IMG/VR virus record: IMGVR_UViG_3300041809_000571 | Coordinates: 243,841 to 307,840 of that record | Origin: a virus | Direction: 5' to 3' (one strand) | DNA length: 64,000 nt | Shown: piece by piece, positions 25,513 to 36,981 of the stretch | Layout of the letters: each line of letters begins with the position of its first letter | How positions within the stretch are numbered: the first letter of the stretch is position 1 | Position numbers and translations under genes: made by a program | The notes under the pieces: model-generated | The model's input: the letters and a program-made list of their open reading frames with translations, nothing else | Database searches by the model: none | What the model was told of the DNA's origin: nothing

Positions 25513-28500
25513 ATGGCTACACCGCCCAACCTAGACCATCTCGTTGATACCCTCAACAAAGTGGATACCATCCTGTCCGCTACCATGACTATGATGGCGG
25601 AGAAGGGTAAGAATTTGGAAACGGTGTTTGACACCATCGGTGAACGAGTCAAAGCGATGGAGGATGACGCAAAGAAGTTTGCTGATGGGGTAGAGGGAAT
25701 CAAGGAGCGGGTCCGGGCGGTTAACGAACTTTTCAAGGATATCAGCAAAAACATGAAGACCTTTAGGACCGCTGAGGATGCCGAAAAGCATCTGAGCCGG
25801 GTCAAGAAGATGGCGGAAGATATCCTCGCCAGCAATAAGGCCACGGTTTCCGAGCAGATATATTTCACCCGAGTGGTTAAAGAGGCTACAGACGCCCTCA
25901 AGAAACTCAATCAACTGGAGAGGTCCCAAAGGGATGACCTCCAGAAGAACGCCGAGCTTGTAGAGAGAATGGCAAGGGGGATGGAGGGCGTATACAACTG
26001 GGCGGAGAAGGCGGGCAAGAGCGTCAAGGGCTTTACCGTGGGTCCAGTCTTGAAGTCCGTCATGGACATCAACCGGATGCTGGGGCGTTCCGGTAGAGTG
26101 GAACAGTTTACCCGGATGGCTCAAGACGCCTATGATACCAAGCAAATTCTTAAGGAGCGGCAGGGCATAAACAAAGAGGAGTTTATGCAGAGGAAAGCCG
26201 CCCTCATCAAGCAGTTTCAAACCACAGGACAGACACAATTTCTTACCCCCGAGGGAGACTTGGATGTCAAGGCCCTCAGTAAGTCTCGTATCGGTCGGAA
26301 GCAAGCAGCCAGCGCTCTATCAGGCCCCAATGCCGGGGTGCTTGACCGGGCCTTACTCAACACTGGGCTTAAACTGGGGGGATTGGACCTCGGTGAAGAA
26401 GGTATGCTCGCTAAGGGAGGTGGTTCTCTCTTGGAGGCCGGGGGTGCAACGGCTGTAGAGGGTGCCGCTACCGGGATGGAGGCGTTTGCAGGTCCAATAG
26501 GGGTCGCTGTCGCCGCCGCTGATATGGTCCGGGGCGTATTCGATGGGGTAATCAAACAGAATCAGGAGATTGAAAAGAAGTTCGGCAGGAGCGGAATCTT
26601 CCTCAATAAGGGGGTATCTCCCCTACAAGCTTTTGCTAATATTAAGAAGAACATGTCAGCCTTTGGAGTCAACACCCTTGGCATCACCAGCGAGCGTCAG
26701 TTTGGGATTGCTCAAGCCATGGCGGAAAGCGGCGTCAACGTGGGGCAGATGGCGACCGCAGGAGGACTCAAGGGGACGGGGGCGGGCCGAGTATCGGATA
26801 TAGTGTTCAAGCAAGCCCGAGGACTCGGGATGGAAGACACGGAATCCGTCAAACTCAGCATGAAGCTTTTGCAGCAAATGCATGTCACGCTGGCAAGCAC
26901 CCAGTCGTTTTTCCAGACTATCGGCAGGGACACCGTGGCCTCCGGTATTGGTATGGAAAAGTACGTCCAGATAATTGACGAGATTACGGGAAAATTCGAC
27001 AACATGGCGAAGTCCTTGGAAGACACAACCACGCTCCTGCGTAGACTGGGAGAGGAGGGCACCAACTCTGCGGAGATGATGAAGGATGCGACCGACTTCC
27101 TTGTTGGCGGGCAGAAGTCGCTTGAGCAGAAAGCCTTCCTGTATACGAGGATGCAGCAACAAGGTGGTATGGGGGCCTTGACCGGCTCATTGGCATTCTC
27201 AGCGAGGTCAGCCGGGAGGGATGTGAAGCAACAGCTTCTTGATGCGATGGAGGAGGTTCTCCCCGCTGCTGATGACCCCGAGGTGAAGGCAAGTCGGCAG
27301 GGATTTGTAGACAGGCTGAACTCTCTTAACTTCTCCAGCGCCGAAGGTGTGGAAGCTGCCGTACAAGCATTTGGTGCTTTGAGGAAGACCCGAGCGGCAG
27401 GACTCAGCAGTAGCAAAATTGGTATGCTGGAAGCAAGGGCTTTGGGGGCGATAACCCTAGCACAGGCTTCAAGGGGTAATGCCGTAAACTTCGCTGCCAT
27501 GAGTGAATTCGTGGAGCCGGGTTCGCCACAAGCCTTGGCACTTCAAATGGCAGCCTTGGGTTCGGGAGCACAGTACGCCGGATTGGGAGGAAAGAAGGGG
27601 GATGCCTTGGGTGACCTTATTGCTCACCCGGAGAAGTTGGCAAAGGGTGTCTCTGCGGCGGTCTTGCATATGGGCGGCGGTACCATCGGGTTGACTGACC
27701 AGAAGAAGATGTTTCAAGGAATCACCGCCATGGGAGAAGCCTCCGATAGTTTGGTTAACCAACTTTTTGAAGGACTCCATCTCACTGACCAGCAGAAACA
27801 TGAACGTCAAGGTGAGCTTAATCATCTCTATGACACGGTATCGGATGTAGCCGAGCAAGCGGGGCTTATGAAGACCGTTAAGGGAGAGACCCCCGAAGAT
27901 AGGAGACAGCGACTCCAGAAAGAGGTTTTATCCGACAGAACGAAACAGAATGATTTGGCTACGGCTTTCAGGGAAACCAGTGGCAAGCACTTGGACATCC
28001 TCACCGGAACGCTGGACAAGAGCAGCGTTGAGAACCTCTCCTTGTTGAACGACAACAAAGAGACCATGGATGAGATGGTCAAGCGCACCGAGGGTGTGGT
28101 AGCCAACACCAGAACTACCAACGATTACCTGTCTGGCATAACCGATGCCTTGAAACTCAAGGGGGCGGGACTCCTTGGTACATTGGTGGATGAGTTTGAA
28201 AAGGTTAACGCCGGTATTCTCAATAAGATAAAAGGACCCACCGATATCAATGCTCCGCTCTCTGGCTCCGACTGGACAAAGTTTGGGGATTTGATGCTGG
28301 GGACCCACGGCAGAGGAAGAGCCGGTGGACCGGGTGGGGATATTGAGAAACTGATGGCGGCTCGTGAAGCCTTGAAGCGGAAGATAGCCGGGCAGGAAGC
28401 GGGTCTCGTTACAGATTTTACAGCAGAGGGGTATCAATCCTCTCATGATGCCTTGGATGAATCCAAGAAACAGTTGGCGGAGCTAAACACCACCATTAGT

Positions 28501-28899
28501 GAAGGAACTGATGCTTGGAATGATGCTTCTGCCGCTGTCCAGAAGTATGGTCAAACGGGAGCCGTTCCCACCTCAGTTGCCAATAGAACGATGGGCAAAT
28601 TGGCGGCGGTTGGAGACTTGGCGGGCAGTGACGCCATCAACAGTCTCCTTCGGGATAAGAGCCTCACCACTCCGCCTAAAGCCCCCACCGTGGAATCAGG
28701 AGCCGTAGCGACCAGCCCCGCTGCTGAGGAGACCGGAGAGAAGGCCGATGAGGGCAAGGGGGCAAAGACAGAGACCCCCGTGGGAGGTGGGGATGAGTAT
28801 AATAGCTACTATGGCCTGAACTATCAAAGCGTTCCCACTTCAAATAGTATGACTTATGGCAATGAGGGCGTCCCCGCTAGCTTGCCGGGTGGGAGGTAA
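25513..28899 (+). CDS. Putative tape-measure / large internal virion protein
   Basis: 1128 aa with a helical, coiled-coil-like N-terminal third and Gly/Ala-rich segments (GGATAVEGAATGMEAFAGPIGVAVAAAD). It lies directly upstream of the SLT-domain protein. Confidence 0.45.
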   Translation: MATPPNLDHLVDTLNKVDTILSATMTMMAEKGKNLETVFDTIGERVKAMEDDAKKFADGVEGIKERVRAVNELFKDISKNMKTFRTAEDAEKHLSRVKKMAEDILASNKATVSEQIYFTRVVKEATDALKKLNQLERSQRDDLQKNAELVERMARGMEGVYNWAEKAGKSVKGFTVGPVLKSVMDINRMLGRSGRVEQFTRMAQDAYDTKQILKERQGINKEEFMQRKAALIKQFQTTGQTQFLTPEGDLDVKALSKSRIGRKQAASALSGPNAGVLDRALLNTGLKLGGLDLGEEGMLAKGGGSLLEAGGATAVEGAATGMEAFAGPIGVAVAAADMVRGVFDGVIKQNQEIEKKFGRSGIFLNKGVSPLQAFANIKKNMSAFGVNTLGITSERQFGIAQAMAESGVNVGQMATAGGLKGTGAGRVSDIVFKQARGLGMEDTESVKLSMKLLQQMHVTLASTQSFFQTIGRDTVASGIGMEKYVQIIDEITGKFDNMAKSLEDTTTLLRRLGEEGTNSAEMMKDATDFLVGGQKSLEQKAFLYTRMQQQGGMGALTGSLAFSARSAGRDVKQQLLDAMEEVLPAADDPEVKASRQGFVDRLNSLNFSSAEGVEAAVQAFGALRKTRAAGLSSSKIGMLEARALGAITLAQASRGNAVNFAAMSEFVEPGSPQALALQMAALGSGAQYAGLGGKKGDALGDLIAHPEKLAKGVSAAVLHMGGGTIGLTDQKKMFQGITAMGEASDSLVNQLFEGLHLTDQQKHERQGELNHLYDTVSDVAEQAGLMKTVKGETPEDRRQRLQKEVLSDRTKQNDLATAFRETSGKHLDILTGTLDKSSVENLSLLNDNKETMDEMVKRTEGVVANTRTTNDYLSGITDALKLKGAGLLGTLVDEFEKVNAGILNKIKGPTDINAPLSGSDWTKFGDLMLGTHGRGRAGGPGGDIEKLMAAREALKRKIAGQEAGLVTDFTAEGYQSSHDALDESKKQLAELNTTISEGTDAWNDASAAVQKYGQTGAVPTSVANRTMGKLAAVGDLAGSDAINSLLRDKSLTTPPKAPTVESGAVATSPAAEETGEKADEGKGAKTETPVGGGDEYNSYYGLNYQSVPTSNSMTYGNEGVPASLPGGR

Positions 28900-28901
28900 T
28901 C

Positions 28902-30461
28902 ATGCCAGCAAATGCCACGCTTGTTGATACGAACGGGTATTTGAGTGCGGGTAATCCCCAGAAGGTTCCCCCCCAGACTCTCCAGAACATTGTCTATACC
29001 GCTGTAGACTCTTATAACAAAGCTAATGGCACCAACATTCCTCCTGCGGTCATGCTGTCAATAGTTCAGAGTGAGTCCAGTGGGGTTCAGAATGCCGTCA
29101 ACCCCAACGACAAGGATTATGGAGCCAACACTGATTATGGTCTTGCTCAAGTTAATCCCACGCAAAACCCCAATTTACTGGTAGATGGTAAACACCTTGA
29201 CCCCAACCAACTGCTTGATAACCCCGACTATAACATCAAGGCCGCTTGTGCGATTTTGAACAACAACATAAAAGCAGCCAATGGAAACGTGGCTCTCGGA
29301 CTTGTTGGATACGCCAGAGGACCTACGGTAATGGCGCAGGCAGCGAGGGGAGATTACACCAATGTTCCACAGGGGACCAAGAATGAGATAGCTAAAATTC
29401 CTCCCGGTACGCCGGGATATGGCACTGACACTTCCAATGCCGCCTCTACTACTTCCGATGGGGGAAACCAGACTCCTCTCAACCACCTTGTCTCTCCGTA
29501 CAACCCTGTCAATTTACAGTCTCCAAGCGTAGACTACACGGCTCTATTCCCGGATGCCATCATCAACACCAACCTCAACAACCTTCCGTGGTATAAAGAT
29601 ACTGGACTTATCACCGGTAACCCCAAGGTCAGGAACTCTATCACCCCCGTGATATTCGAGGTGATGTTGCACGACCGGCAGGATGTGTTTCTTCCCACCT
29701 CCCCTGCGGGGGCAACATCTTCACAGAACTATGCTCCATTGCAGGTCCAGCTTAACGCTTCCATGAAGACCTTCACGGTAAGTTCCAAGCACGTCACCGT
29801 TCCCAAGCGGACCCGGACCGGCTGGCACATCACTATGTGGGGAATGCAAGCGGATGTGATTGAGGGAAACTGCACGACCGGTGTCTTCATGAATCAGTTT
29901 GGACTCACCGACTTTTTCAGCACAGCGTACCCCAGCCCTGACATCTTGCAGGTCCTTTTATCCGGTCTCAATCTTACCAATCTCGGAGGAACACTGCTGG
30001 AGTCCGCCATATCTCCTACAGGCACCCTGCCAAGCTCCTCAGTTAACAATCTCGTCGCTACCAAGACGGGGAGCCAGAATACTCAGGATGCCTTCCGTGT
30101 AGCCGCACAAGACGCCTTTGTGGAGTTTTTGTATCTGTTCAAGATGAACGGAATAAGGTGGTTCTACAACAAGATTAACGAGACGGCTACGGGCACTTCC
30201 GGCAAGCTGGGGTCCCGAGACCAAGTGGATATTGATGCATGGTCCCCCGAACTGGGGATAACTGCTACCCAGCAGAATGGGCGTCTCAATGACGTGATGA
30301 GCCGAGGCTCCGTGCTTATGAAGTTTAAGGGAACCACGTACATGGGATACTTTAAGACCCTTAGTTGGCAGCAAGATGCAGCAAACCCGTTTCAATGGAC
30401 TTTCAATTTCGTCTTTCAGGTGGAGAAAACTTTAGGGTTCGTTTTCAACCCCAGTGCATAA
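28902..30461 (+). CDS. Virion-associated lytic transglycosylase (SLT domain) protein
   Basis: MLSIVQSESSGVQNAVNPNDKDYGANTDYGLAQVN matches the SLT catalytic E-S...GLMQ/AQ motif pattern. Confidence 0.6.
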   Translation: MPANATLVDTNGYLSAGNPQKVPPQTLQNIVYTAVDSYNKANGTNIPPAVMLSIVQSESSGVQNAVNPNDKDYGANTDYGLAQVNPTQNPNLLVDGKHLDPNQLLDNPDYNIKAACAILNNNIKAANGNVALGLVGYARGPTVMAQAARGDYTNVPQGTKNEIAKIPPGTPGYGTDTSNAASTTSDGGNQTPLNHLVSPYNPVNLQSPSVDYTALFPDAIINTNLNNLPWYKDTGLITGNPKVRNSITPVIFEVMLHDRQDVFLPTSPAGATSSQNYAPLQVQLNASMKTFTVSSKHVTVPKRTRTGWHITMWGMQADVIEGNCTTGVFMNQFGLTDFFSTAYPSPDILQVLLSGLNLTNLGGTLLESAISPTGTLPSSSVNNLVATKTGSQNTQDAFRVAAQDAFVEFLYLFKMNGIRWFYNKINETATGTSGKLGSRDQVDIDAWSPELGITATQQNGRLNDVMSRGSVLMKFKGTTYMGYFKTLSWQQDAANPFQWTFNFVFQVEKTLGFVFNPSA

Positions 30462-31647
30462 TATGGCAGACCCAGCAGCAGTAACGACGCCCGCAGTCAC
30501 ACCTCCCGGAACGGCGATAACCACACCCACGGGCGGTTCTATCCCACAGTCTGCCCAAACCAACATCAATGATATGAGCGACATATACGCCGCTCGTCCG
30601 GCATCCTCGGGGATTCCGTCCCAACTTCTTCCTATTCGGGCGGAGAAGCGTTACATCACCAACAATCCCACTCAGAGTATCAAGACCACGGCGGCTAATG
30701 CAACTTCGAGTTCCACCAAAGGGGGTAGCAGGCCGGTGGTCCCCGCTACCAAGGACTTTTACACCACCGCTGCCAAAAGCACGTTTGTAGACTATGTGGT
30801 GGTGAGGATTCCTCACCGAGGGTTGGATACCAACGGGCATTTCAGTCCTCAACTGACCGCCGAGTACCGGTTCCTCATTAACCCCCAGACGGCGACAGTC
30901 TCTCGTAATGCCGAAGATGCCCAGACCTTTGCCCGTGGAGGATGGCAGTTCGGTGTGTGGGGAGAAAGCCTTACGACTATTGCCATGAACGGTCACACCC
31001 CCGGTCAGTACTGGACCTACGGCCTGACCGATGGCTTTGCCTATTTCACAGAGTCTTGGCGCAACCTTCAACAGCTTAACCTGTTCGTGGAGAACAATGG
31101 GTATTGGTTTGAGGGAGAGGAATACAACGAGGGTCCTCTCGCCCCCGGCTACACCCGTAGGCGCATCAAGAAGCACCAAGATGTGCAACTCATCGTGGGA
31201 AACTTCATCTGGCTCGGGATGTTTCAGGATTTCAGTTACACCCTTGATGCCGAGCACCCCTACCGGGCGGTATTCAACTTCACCTTTTTGGCGTGGAAGG
31301 AACGGTTCAGGAACACCTCTCCTTACAATGTGGGACTACCTCCTAATAATGTCGAACGAGGGCACTCTTATGGAGCGTACTCCAATATCGTTACAGAGCA
31401 AAAGCCCAAGGCCCCGGCTGGCACCGCCAATGGGACATCGTTGACATCCGCCCCCGTGACCCAATCTACATCAGCTAGTCCGTCAATCAATCCCAATACA
31501 CCGGGGAACGCTACTGCCCCCGCTACGAATTCGTTTAAGTTTCTCAATCTTAGTGACACTTCGCTGTTTCCCGCTAACTCCTATTCCCCAAACTTGGCGA
31601 ATGGGCTTATACGCAGTTCAGTTTTTAACACGACGGGGAGCGCATAG
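30454..31647 (+). CDS. putative virion structural protein
   Basis: 397-aa ORF in the structural block. Confidence 0.4.
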   Translation: MHNMADPAAVTTPAVTPPGTAITTPTGGSIPQSAQTNINDMSDIYAARPASSGIPSQLLPIRAEKRYITNNPTQSIKTTAANATSSSTKGGSRPVVPATKDFYTTAAKSTFVDYVVVRIPHRGLDTNGHFSPQLTAEYRFLINPQTATVSRNAEDAQTFARGGWQFGVWGESLTTIAMNGHTPGQYWTYGLTDGFAYFTESWRNLQQLNLFVENNGYWFEGEEYNEGPLAPGYTRRRIKKHQDVQLIVGNFIWLGMFQDFSYTLDAEHPYRAVFNFTFLAWKERFRNTSPYNVGLPPNNVERGHSYGAYSNIVTEQKPKAPAGTANGTSLTSAPVTQSTSASPSINPNTPGNATAPATNSFKFLNLSDTSLFPANSYSPNLANGLIRSSVFNTTGSA

Positions 31648-31655
31648 GAGGAAAA

Positions 31656-34613
31656 ATGGCAGACGCAAATTTACCTAGAATCGTCACACCTCCTATCACC
31701 GTGAAATCCGGGCCACTGCCACAGGCTTCTCTGGAGTCAGTGGAGCCGTCTTCCAGCCCCGTAAACATCCAAGAACTTCCACTTACCCAGCGGTCCCAGA
31801 GTGACATCGCCTCGCTTACACCCGCTACAAGAACGAATCAAATCAGGAACATTCTCCAGACAGCGGCAGAGAGGGACATCGTAAAGACCGCACCCGACAT
31901 CGTGGTGTATATCGAGGGGCGTCCCTACCTCATCAACTACTTTATCAATTCTCAGGATGCTAAGAATCAGTCGGACGGAAATTACACCATAGTGAACTTC
32001 AACGACTTCATAGACTCCTTCGCCGTCTCTTATGACGTTGACAACCTTATCCCCTCCGGTTCCATTTCCATGTTCGTTCCCAACAATTTTAAGCGGCTGT
32101 TCCAAGCTCCAGCGGGAGGGGAGAACATCCTTGAAACCATGATGGAGGTGCAGGTCTTCGCCAAGGGGTATTTCCCTTCACCTCGGGGCAACACACTCTA
32201 CTACCGGGTATTCAAGGGGATGATTTCTAACATTGTCTACAACGACATGGGAACACACTTGGCAATCTCCATCAGCATAGCGGGAACCATGCGCTTCCTT
32301 GAGCTTATGCAGATTGACCTCGCCCCGGCAATCACCAGCAACTCGCCGCAGAACTACCTCACCGCCTTCCAGAACAGCATGGCGGGAATGGACCCCTATA
32401 AGCAGCTTGCTGACGTTTTCATGCGGTCCGTCACCCCCGCAGGGTTCCAGTTGAACTCCATTCAGCAGGCCACGCTTAAGACCGGGCAGGCCAACACCTC
32501 CGACTGGGCGAAGGTTGTACACGATGACTACATCCTCCGCTGGCAGGCACGGCTGGTGAATATCGTCCGGGATGTCCGTATCCTCGGATACGACATGAAG
32601 CATTCTCCTATCACCACCACGCAAGACCCCTATCTCCTCCCCAATGTTCTTTCCATACAGGAGGCTGATGCCAAGGGAAACTTGGACCCCGACCTTATCC
32701 GGCAGCGTGGCGACCGCATGACCAAGGAAGCACCCGGAAAGACCCGCTCCGACCCCAATATGTTCATCAACATTATGCGGCGGTATCTTCCCGATATGCA
32801 GATAGGCTCCATCAAACTCTTGGATGGGAAGATAACCTCCCGTATAGACAGAATTCGTGTCCTGCTCAACCTGATTCTCTTTGAGGGATTTCAGGACATG
32901 GATGGTGCCATTGTTTTCAAGCCGCCGTTCTACAACTTGGATGTCACGAATGTTGGTAATCTTAACCCCAACACGCCCGCTCCCAACGCCTCGTATTACT
33001 TTACTGATACCACTAACCCCTTTGTGGTTTATTTGAGTGAGATAGAGTCGGAGACAGAGACCGAAGACGAGCATGGCATCAAGGCTACCCGTGTGGCATT
33101 CCGGGGAGACTGGCTGACTAATTTCCATTTCAACTCGGAGACTGGGGCTACGTTGATGCCCACGGTGGACCATATCGACATCGCCAAGCTCATTAAGTTT
33201 GGGCTTCGAGAGGAACCTGCCCGGCAGATACCCTTCGTGCAATCCAACGACACGAAGACACTTTATGCTTATGCGACCTCGGAACTCAACCGGGCTAATC
33301 GAAGCTACCGGACTTACTCCATCACCATCCCCCTGCGCCCGGAATTACATCTGGGCTTCCCCATGTACTTCCCGCATAAGGACATGTATGGGTATATCAA
33401 ATCAATCAGCATTAACTATCAACAGTCTTCTGCCGCTACGATGTCGGTTACACTAGATACCATCCGCAAGCGTCCCATGATTCCCTCGGTTCGGACGGTG
33501 GGAAACAAACATCTGACTTCCTATACCAGCCAACCCAACCTCGTGTTCCAGTGGACTACTCCGCCAGCATCAACCGTTGGTGCTGTCAATCCTCCCAACT
33601 GGGCCTCCCAAAACGCTGTTCAGCCTTCCACGGGATTGGGTGCGGGGGGGAACAACTCCAACAGTTCACAAGTGGCGCTTAATGGGAATACTGTCACGGG
33701 TCGTCAGCCGCAAGACACCCCGTTTTCGAGCGATGAGTGGGCCTACATCAAACACCAAAAGGAGACCATCGGAAATCTGTGGTCCACCCGGTTTGACACT
33801 CTGAACAAGTGTTTCAGAATTCAGAACGATAGTGCTTCCTCCAGTGATGTTTCGGAGTACAATAAGATAGCCGCCGCTAATGGTGGGATGATTCCGATGA
33901 CCGCCAACAAGCCCTATTTTGACGCCAAATACTGGCTTCCCAAAGGCATCAACTCCGCTTATTACCACAAGATTCTCAACACTCAGCCCTACACCGATGA
34001 GAAGGGGTATGAACTCGTATCTCCTTTCCCATGGGGAAGATGGGCAACACTCACCGATGCATTTAACCAGAGCCGGTTAGGGATACTTACTAATTACGCC
34101 GCTTCTTCCTTTGGGATTGCTAGCGCCAACACCACCGTCAACACCTTCTTGTTTGCGGGCATGGTCTCTCCTGATGACCCAAGTATCGCCGGACAGATGC
34201 TCGCCAGTTTCCCCACTCCTACGCCTAACAGTTTTACTCCCGAGGAGAATGCGGCCATTGCTAACGGTGCTGAGACCGCTTCGCAGGCGGCACAGAACAA
34301 GATAGTGAACTCTCTCTTTGACACGGTTACACAGGATGCCGTCATTGAATTGGTGACACCGCAGCCTAACTACCCCGGCACCGACAGCAGCCTTACTCAA
34401 AACCTCCAGCCGGACCTCCAGCAGGCGCAGACGGCGTTGACAGGTGACCTTGCAACCATCCAGAACGAGGTATCCGTGTTCATCACGGGCGGAGTGGGTA
34501 CCTCCAACACCCAGAACATAAAGCAGTTGAGTGGAACTACGGTCAATCCTAAGACCCCAACACCTTCTTTGCCTCCTTTTCTTAAAAAAGCTTTGAACGG
34601 AGGTAATAGTTAG
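31656..34613 (+). CDS. putative virion structural protein (985 aa)
   Basis: Long ORF with an RBS; no motif identified. Confidence 0.45.
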   Translation: MADANLPRIVTPPITVKSGPLPQASLESVEPSSSPVNIQELPLTQRSQSDIASLTPATRTNQIRNILQTAAERDIVKTAPDIVVYIEGRPYLINYFINSQDAKNQSDGNYTIVNFNDFIDSFAVSYDVDNLIPSGSISMFVPNNFKRLFQAPAGGENILETMMEVQVFAKGYFPSPRGNTLYYRVFKGMISNIVYNDMGTHLAISISIAGTMRFLELMQIDLAPAITSNSPQNYLTAFQNSMAGMDPYKQLADVFMRSVTPAGFQLNSIQQATLKTGQANTSDWAKVVHDDYILRWQARLVNIVRDVRILGYDMKHSPITTTQDPYLLPNVLSIQEADAKGNLDPDLIRQRGDRMTKEAPGKTRSDPNMFINIMRRYLPDMQIGSIKLLDGKITSRIDRIRVLLNLILFEGFQDMDGAIVFKPPFYNLDVTNVGNLNPNTPAPNASYYFTDTTNPFVVYLSEIESETETEDEHGIKATRVAFRGDWLTNFHFNSETGATLMPTVDHIDIAKLIKFGLREEPARQIPFVQSNDTKTLYAYATSELNRANRSYRTYSITIPLRPELHLGFPMYFPHKDMYGYIKSISINYQQSSAATMSVTLDTIRKRPMIPSVRTVGNKHLTSYTSQPNLVFQWTTPPASTVGAVNPPNWASQNAVQPSTGLGAGGNNSNSSQVALNGNTVTGRQPQDTPFSSDEWAYIKHQKETIGNLWSTRFDTLNKCFRIQNDSASSSDVSEYNKIAAANGGMIPMTANKPYFDAKYWLPKGINSAYYHKILNTQPYTDEKGYELVSPFPWGRWATLTDAFNQSRLGILTNYAASSFGIASANTTVNTFLFAGMVSPDDPSIAGQMLASFPTPTPNSFTPEENAAIANGAETASQAAQNKIVNSLFDTVTQDAVIELVTPQPNYPGTDSSLTQNLQPDLQQAQTALTGDLATIQNEVSVFITGGVGTSNTQNIKQLSGTTVNPKTPTPSLPPFLKKALNGGNS

Positions 34614-34614
34614 T

Positions 34615-36981
34615 ATGCCAGTTCCCTCGCTCCAACAGCATATGTACAAGGACATGCCCTCTGCTCCAACCAAGATGTCGGAGCAGTTTCAGGTGTTCCT
34701 TGCGACGGTACAGACCGTGGACTATGAACGGCAGATGTGTACCATCATGGACATGCGGACCCGGCAGGTATATTCCGAAGTTGCCGTCATCCCCTGTACT
34801 TATAGTTCTTACGAGTCTACCGATGTATCTATGCCCGAGAAGGGGTCAACTTGCATTGCCGTGCCCTTGTTCTACATGGGTGGTCATACCCAAATGGCAA
34901 TCCTCACGTGGGCTATGTCCCATATCGCCCGTGCGCAGGATGCCATCGCCATGCGGGAATTAGAAGGCGTAGCGGGAATGAATGAGCGGCGGCGGGGAAA
35001 CTACCGCACGGCGTACCCCGGTCAGCGGACGGCCTCCTTCTCGCAGGGATATACGGAGCGAACCAACCCCGGCTGGGACAAGGCAACCGGTGGATTCGAC
35101 CGGGAGAACGTCAACTCATATAGCCGGACGTGGAGTACCGTCACCTCCCGTCATGTGCGTTATTCCGATGCCGGTCTGAGCTTCGAGGGACCTGCCGTGC
35201 GCCCGGCTGCCAGCAACATTCCCAATCCCACCATCCTGCCGGATGGCACTCGGGATTATTCTCTCTTCCTCCAGCCGGAAGTTCCGCTTTCCTCCCGTTA
35301 TCTCAGCGGTCAGCAGGATGTCACACCGTTTACGGAGAACACCACCCGTGTGCAGGAGTTCGCCCTTGACTATCCGCTGCCCCCCGAGGTGTTGCAGACA
35401 GACCTACTGGATAACGTCCTCGGTACCACGGCTAATCCATGGATACGCACCACGGTCAAGACACAAGGGAAGTTCCAAGTTGACAATGAGACCTACTTTG
35501 CTAATCAGGATTTCGACCACCCCACTGACCCTAATAGCAAGGGATTGGTCGGTCCCACTCTGAATGAAGGCCCTACACCCGCCCGCAAGGGATTTATCGT
35601 AGAGCACAGTGAAGGGACGCTGGTGGGATATAACCTATTTGACGACAGCACCTATGGTCAGGTGCTCAAGCCGGTCCTTTCGGAACTCACTACCAATGCC
35701 GCCCCTAACGGAGGCGGGAGGTTCGGAGCGAATTTTGAGAGTGGATATAACCCCGTGGTGGACAGTACCGACCACATTGAAGCCCGTGTCGCCGCCAGTT
35801 GTTATTCCACCCGGTTCCCCACCGAGTACAACACCACCCGTTGGGATGTGAGCAAGGAAGGGATGCTCATCTTCGAGGTGGGAAGCTCTCTACCCAAGGA
35901 GAATAACCAATTTCAACCTCTCAATGGCTATGAGTATCCTCACGGGGCCGGACGGAGCGTTGAGGGGCACCTTGTAGGCTCATTAAAGCTAGTCGTAGGA
36001 AAAAACCGTGATGAAGAGGACGCCATTGACCTCCAAGCTCTCGGACAATCTATCCTACGACTCGGATGTGACGATACCACGCTCCCCAACTCCGGGAGAA
36101 GCGTGCAGACGCAGATACGAGGTAGTCAGGACGCCGTACAGAATCGGACCCTCCAGTATTGGGATGCCGCCCACCGTAAATTGCAGGGCATCGGCGACTG
36201 CGGTACGCTGACTAACAAGCTGGCGGCGGAAGCCATCAGTCTGCGCATGGCTACAGACGGAGCGGCGGTAGTCCGGCTGGGGGCACGCCGGGACAACGAC
36301 GGAGTAAAGCGGAAGCACATCATCAACGGGTACTCAGATGGACCCGGAAAGCAGTTTGACCCCACGGTTGTTAACTCGCACAGCCCCGGACGGCCTATGT
36401 ATACGCCCAGCGGAGATGCGACTTTCCAATTCCATGATTTGACCACCGCAGGAGCGCCGACCGGCAACAACGGTATGCCCATGGTGCCCTACAACTCTTG
36501 GCTGGGTAACCCCGTTCCCAATGGAATGGATGCTCATGGACAGTCCTTGGACCTCCACGCTGTCCGGGATGTCCTCCTCCGCATTGGTGCCAACAAGAAC
36601 TCCGGGCAGTCTCTCCTTTTGGATTTGGATGGCGGAGTCGTCATAACAACTGGAGCGGATAAGCAAGGCAGGTCACTTACCGGGGCCTTGGCAGGCGGGG
36701 TGGAACTCACCATTGGTCAAAGCTCCGCTAAGAAGGGACTCAGGCTGGAAATCAACGGTGACGTGGATATGATGGTTTACGGTAACATGCACCAACACGT
36801 AACCGGTACTTACACGTTGGAGTGCGCCCAGTTCCGGGGCGTGACAATGACTGAGCATGTTCAGACTGCTCAAAGAATTATTGAGGCGGCACTAGCCCGC
36901 CACACGACCGAGGCTCCTGATATTGTGCATAATCAGGGAAGCTACATCTCGGGAGTCAACGATACGGTGTCAACAGGATAA
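34615..36981 (+). CDS. putative virion structural protein (788 aa)
   Basis: Long ORF tightly coupled (2-nt gap) to the upstream gene. Confidence 0.45.
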   Translation: MPVPSLQQHMYKDMPSAPTKMSEQFQVFLATVQTVDYERQMCTIMDMRTRQVYSEVAVIPCTYSSYESTDVSMPEKGSTCIAVPLFYMGGHTQMAILTWAMSHIARAQDAIAMRELEGVAGMNERRRGNYRTAYPGQRTASFSQGYTERTNPGWDKATGGFDRENVNSYSRTWSTVTSRHVRYSDAGLSFEGPAVRPAASNIPNPTILPDGTRDYSLFLQPEVPLSSRYLSGQQDVTPFTENTTRVQEFALDYPLPPEVLQTDLLDNVLGTTANPWIRTTVKTQGKFQVDNETYFANQDFDHPTDPNSKGLVGPTLNEGPTPARKGFIVEHSEGTLVGYNLFDDSTYGQVLKPVLSELTTNAAPNGGGRFGANFESGYNPVVDSTDHIEARVAASCYSTRFPTEYNTTRWDVSKEGMLIFEVGSSLPKENNQFQPLNGYEYPHGAGRSVEGHLVGSLKLVVGKNRDEEDAIDLQALGQSILRLGCDDTTLPNSGRSVQTQIRGSQDAVQNRTLQYWDAAHRKLQGIGDCGTLTNKLAAEAISLRMATDGAAVVRLGARRDNDGVKRKHIINGYSDGPGKQFDPTVVNSHSPGRPMYTPSGDATFQFHDLTTAGAPTGNNGMPMVPYNSWLGNPVPNGMDAHGQSLDLHAVRDVLLRIGANKNSGQSLLLDLDGGVVITTGADKQGRSLTGALAGGVELTIGQSSAKKGLRLEINGDVDMMVYGNMHQHVTGTYTLECAQFRGVTMTEHVQTAQRIIEAALARHTTEAPDIVHNQGSYISGVNDTVSTG

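Noticed and set aside
26217-28757. Antisense ORFs inside the putative tape-measure gene (26217..26555, 26656..27162, 26712..27500, 27928..28446 and others)
   Set aside because: They are Ala/Pro/Arg-rich mirror translations of a GC-rich coding region. The 1128-aa sense frame is continuous and has an RBS.
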